In this document: positions 63,196 to 64,000 of the stretch, one piece after another
Numbering within the stretch: position 1 is the first letter of the stretch
Layout of the letters: each line of letters starts with the position of its first letter
Assembly (NCBI RefSeq): GCF_016097555.1
Contig: NC_054701.1
Span: forward strand, 67,160,366-67,224,365
Origin: Gigantopelta aegis
Taxonomy: Eukaryota
Direction of reading: 5' to 3'
DNA: 64,000 nt
Notes under the pieces: model-generated
What the model was told of the DNA's origin: nothing
What the model saw: only the letters and a program-made list of their open reading frames with translations
Database searches by the model: none
Position numbers and translations under genes: made by a program

Positions 63196-63318
63196 TTGCA
63201 GGTTTGTCTGTCCCACTTGACAGTACATCACAGTTTCCTGTGACTACGATTGTACCCAGTGACATGTACGCCCCAGCAACCACAGCCCCAGAATCCCCAA
63301 CATCTGGTAATCTTTCAG
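63196..63318 (+). CDS. RNF10: RNF10 coding exon 14 ((F)AGLSVPLDSTSQFPVTTIVPSDMYAPATTAPESPTSGNLS-); gene continues beyond the window
   Basis: Acceptor is ambiguous (tgtag| at 63195 or gcag| at 63201; both keep the same frame). Donor CAG|GTAAGA. It is a Ser/Thr/Pro-rich C-terminal region as in human RNF10. The exon is in phase with exon 13. Confidence 0.6.
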
Positions 63319-64000
63319 GTAAGACAAAAATGAATTGAAATGGAAATGGGGATAATCAGAAGTCATTATTATGTAACATACATTTTATTACCCATACGGG
63401 CAGAGAGAAGTGGGGAAAGAAAAAAAATTAAAATTTCCCTAGGTAAGTTTTGACGTTATAAACAGTGCTTCACTATAGACAGTTGAATAGTTTCCATTGT
63501 GGAAGCCATGTTAACAACTAACTCGTCAGCGATACATATATCACAGCTATGACTTAACGCTGCCTCTTTGTTCTCAACTTGCAAATTTATTTTGCAAGCT
63601 TATTTTCAACCACAGTATCTTTCGAAAATCTTTAATGAAATGATAAATAATTGATAATGGGTAATAAATAGAATACCCAACTTGCTACTCTGCAATATCG
63701 CTTATCTTGCACTTGTGAATTGATGTTGTCATTCCCTCATCGAGGGCTTGGGAAGGACAACATCAATTCACTTGTTCACGGTAAACGGTATTGCCTCGCA
63801 GCTCGTTGAGTATTCTCTAACTATTTTAGTTTCTGTGCATTTACTTTTTTTTTAATTTGACTTTTGCAGAATTATTTTTGTAACTCATGTTTATCTTTTT
63901 AATTATTATTATTATTGAAACAGTATCTTGTTTTGACAGTGTACTGAATGTGATTACATAATCATTTGACAATTGTTATTATGGAACAGGTTCTACATCG

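Overview
The window is eukaryotic (metazoan) genomic DNA: it has GT-AG spliceosomal introns, abundant tRNA-derived SINEs and satellite/minisatellite arrays. It is not a prokaryotic locus, and the supplied ORF track evidently accepts TTG/GTG starts, so many of its 'M' starts are not ATG.

Positions 1-41000 are a SINE- and satellite-rich, largely non-coding stretch. It contains only a few candidate exons, all from one or more unidentified minus-strand genes.

Positions 41791 to beyond 63318 hold the 5' part of a clear RNF10 (RING finger protein 10) orthologue on the + strand. I reconstructed 14 coding exons by hand, in phase, with a C3HC4 RING in exons 5-6 and two consecutive GC-AG introns. The gene runs off the 3' end of the window.

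The most interesting object sits inside RNF10 intron 2, on the opposite strand: a two-exon gene of about 1215 codons. Its first exon carries the ATG at 50837..50789 and ends in a consensus donor. A 1050-bp intron follows, with a strong polypyrimidine acceptor. Its second exon is the large track ORF 49738..46140; the track's 'M' at 49640 is a TTG and the open frame continues upstream to that acceptor.

The protein has long coiled-coil stretches and a central region whose acidic/Cys-His motif pattern resembles the RNase H-like core of hAT transposases. These are LHSDGTTKD, then MSDRASVM 74 aa later, then HCNAHFLLGL. It ends in an acidic Cys cluster followed by a small SH3/Tudor/chromo-barrel-like domain. 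No BED finger and no obvious hAT C-terminal dimerisation block are visible.

I interpret it as a hAT-related, possibly domesticated or unusual, transposase-derived gene nested antisense in RNF10. This rests on motif recognition only.

Other notable structures:
- A 152-bp tandem array built from SINE 5' heads.
- Modular SINE subfamilies that share a core domain but carry different tRNA-like heads.
- Minisatellites with 47-bp and 44-bp units.
- Recurrent long poly-C/G tracts.
- Perfect palindromes.
- MITE-like elements with CAGGG termini.
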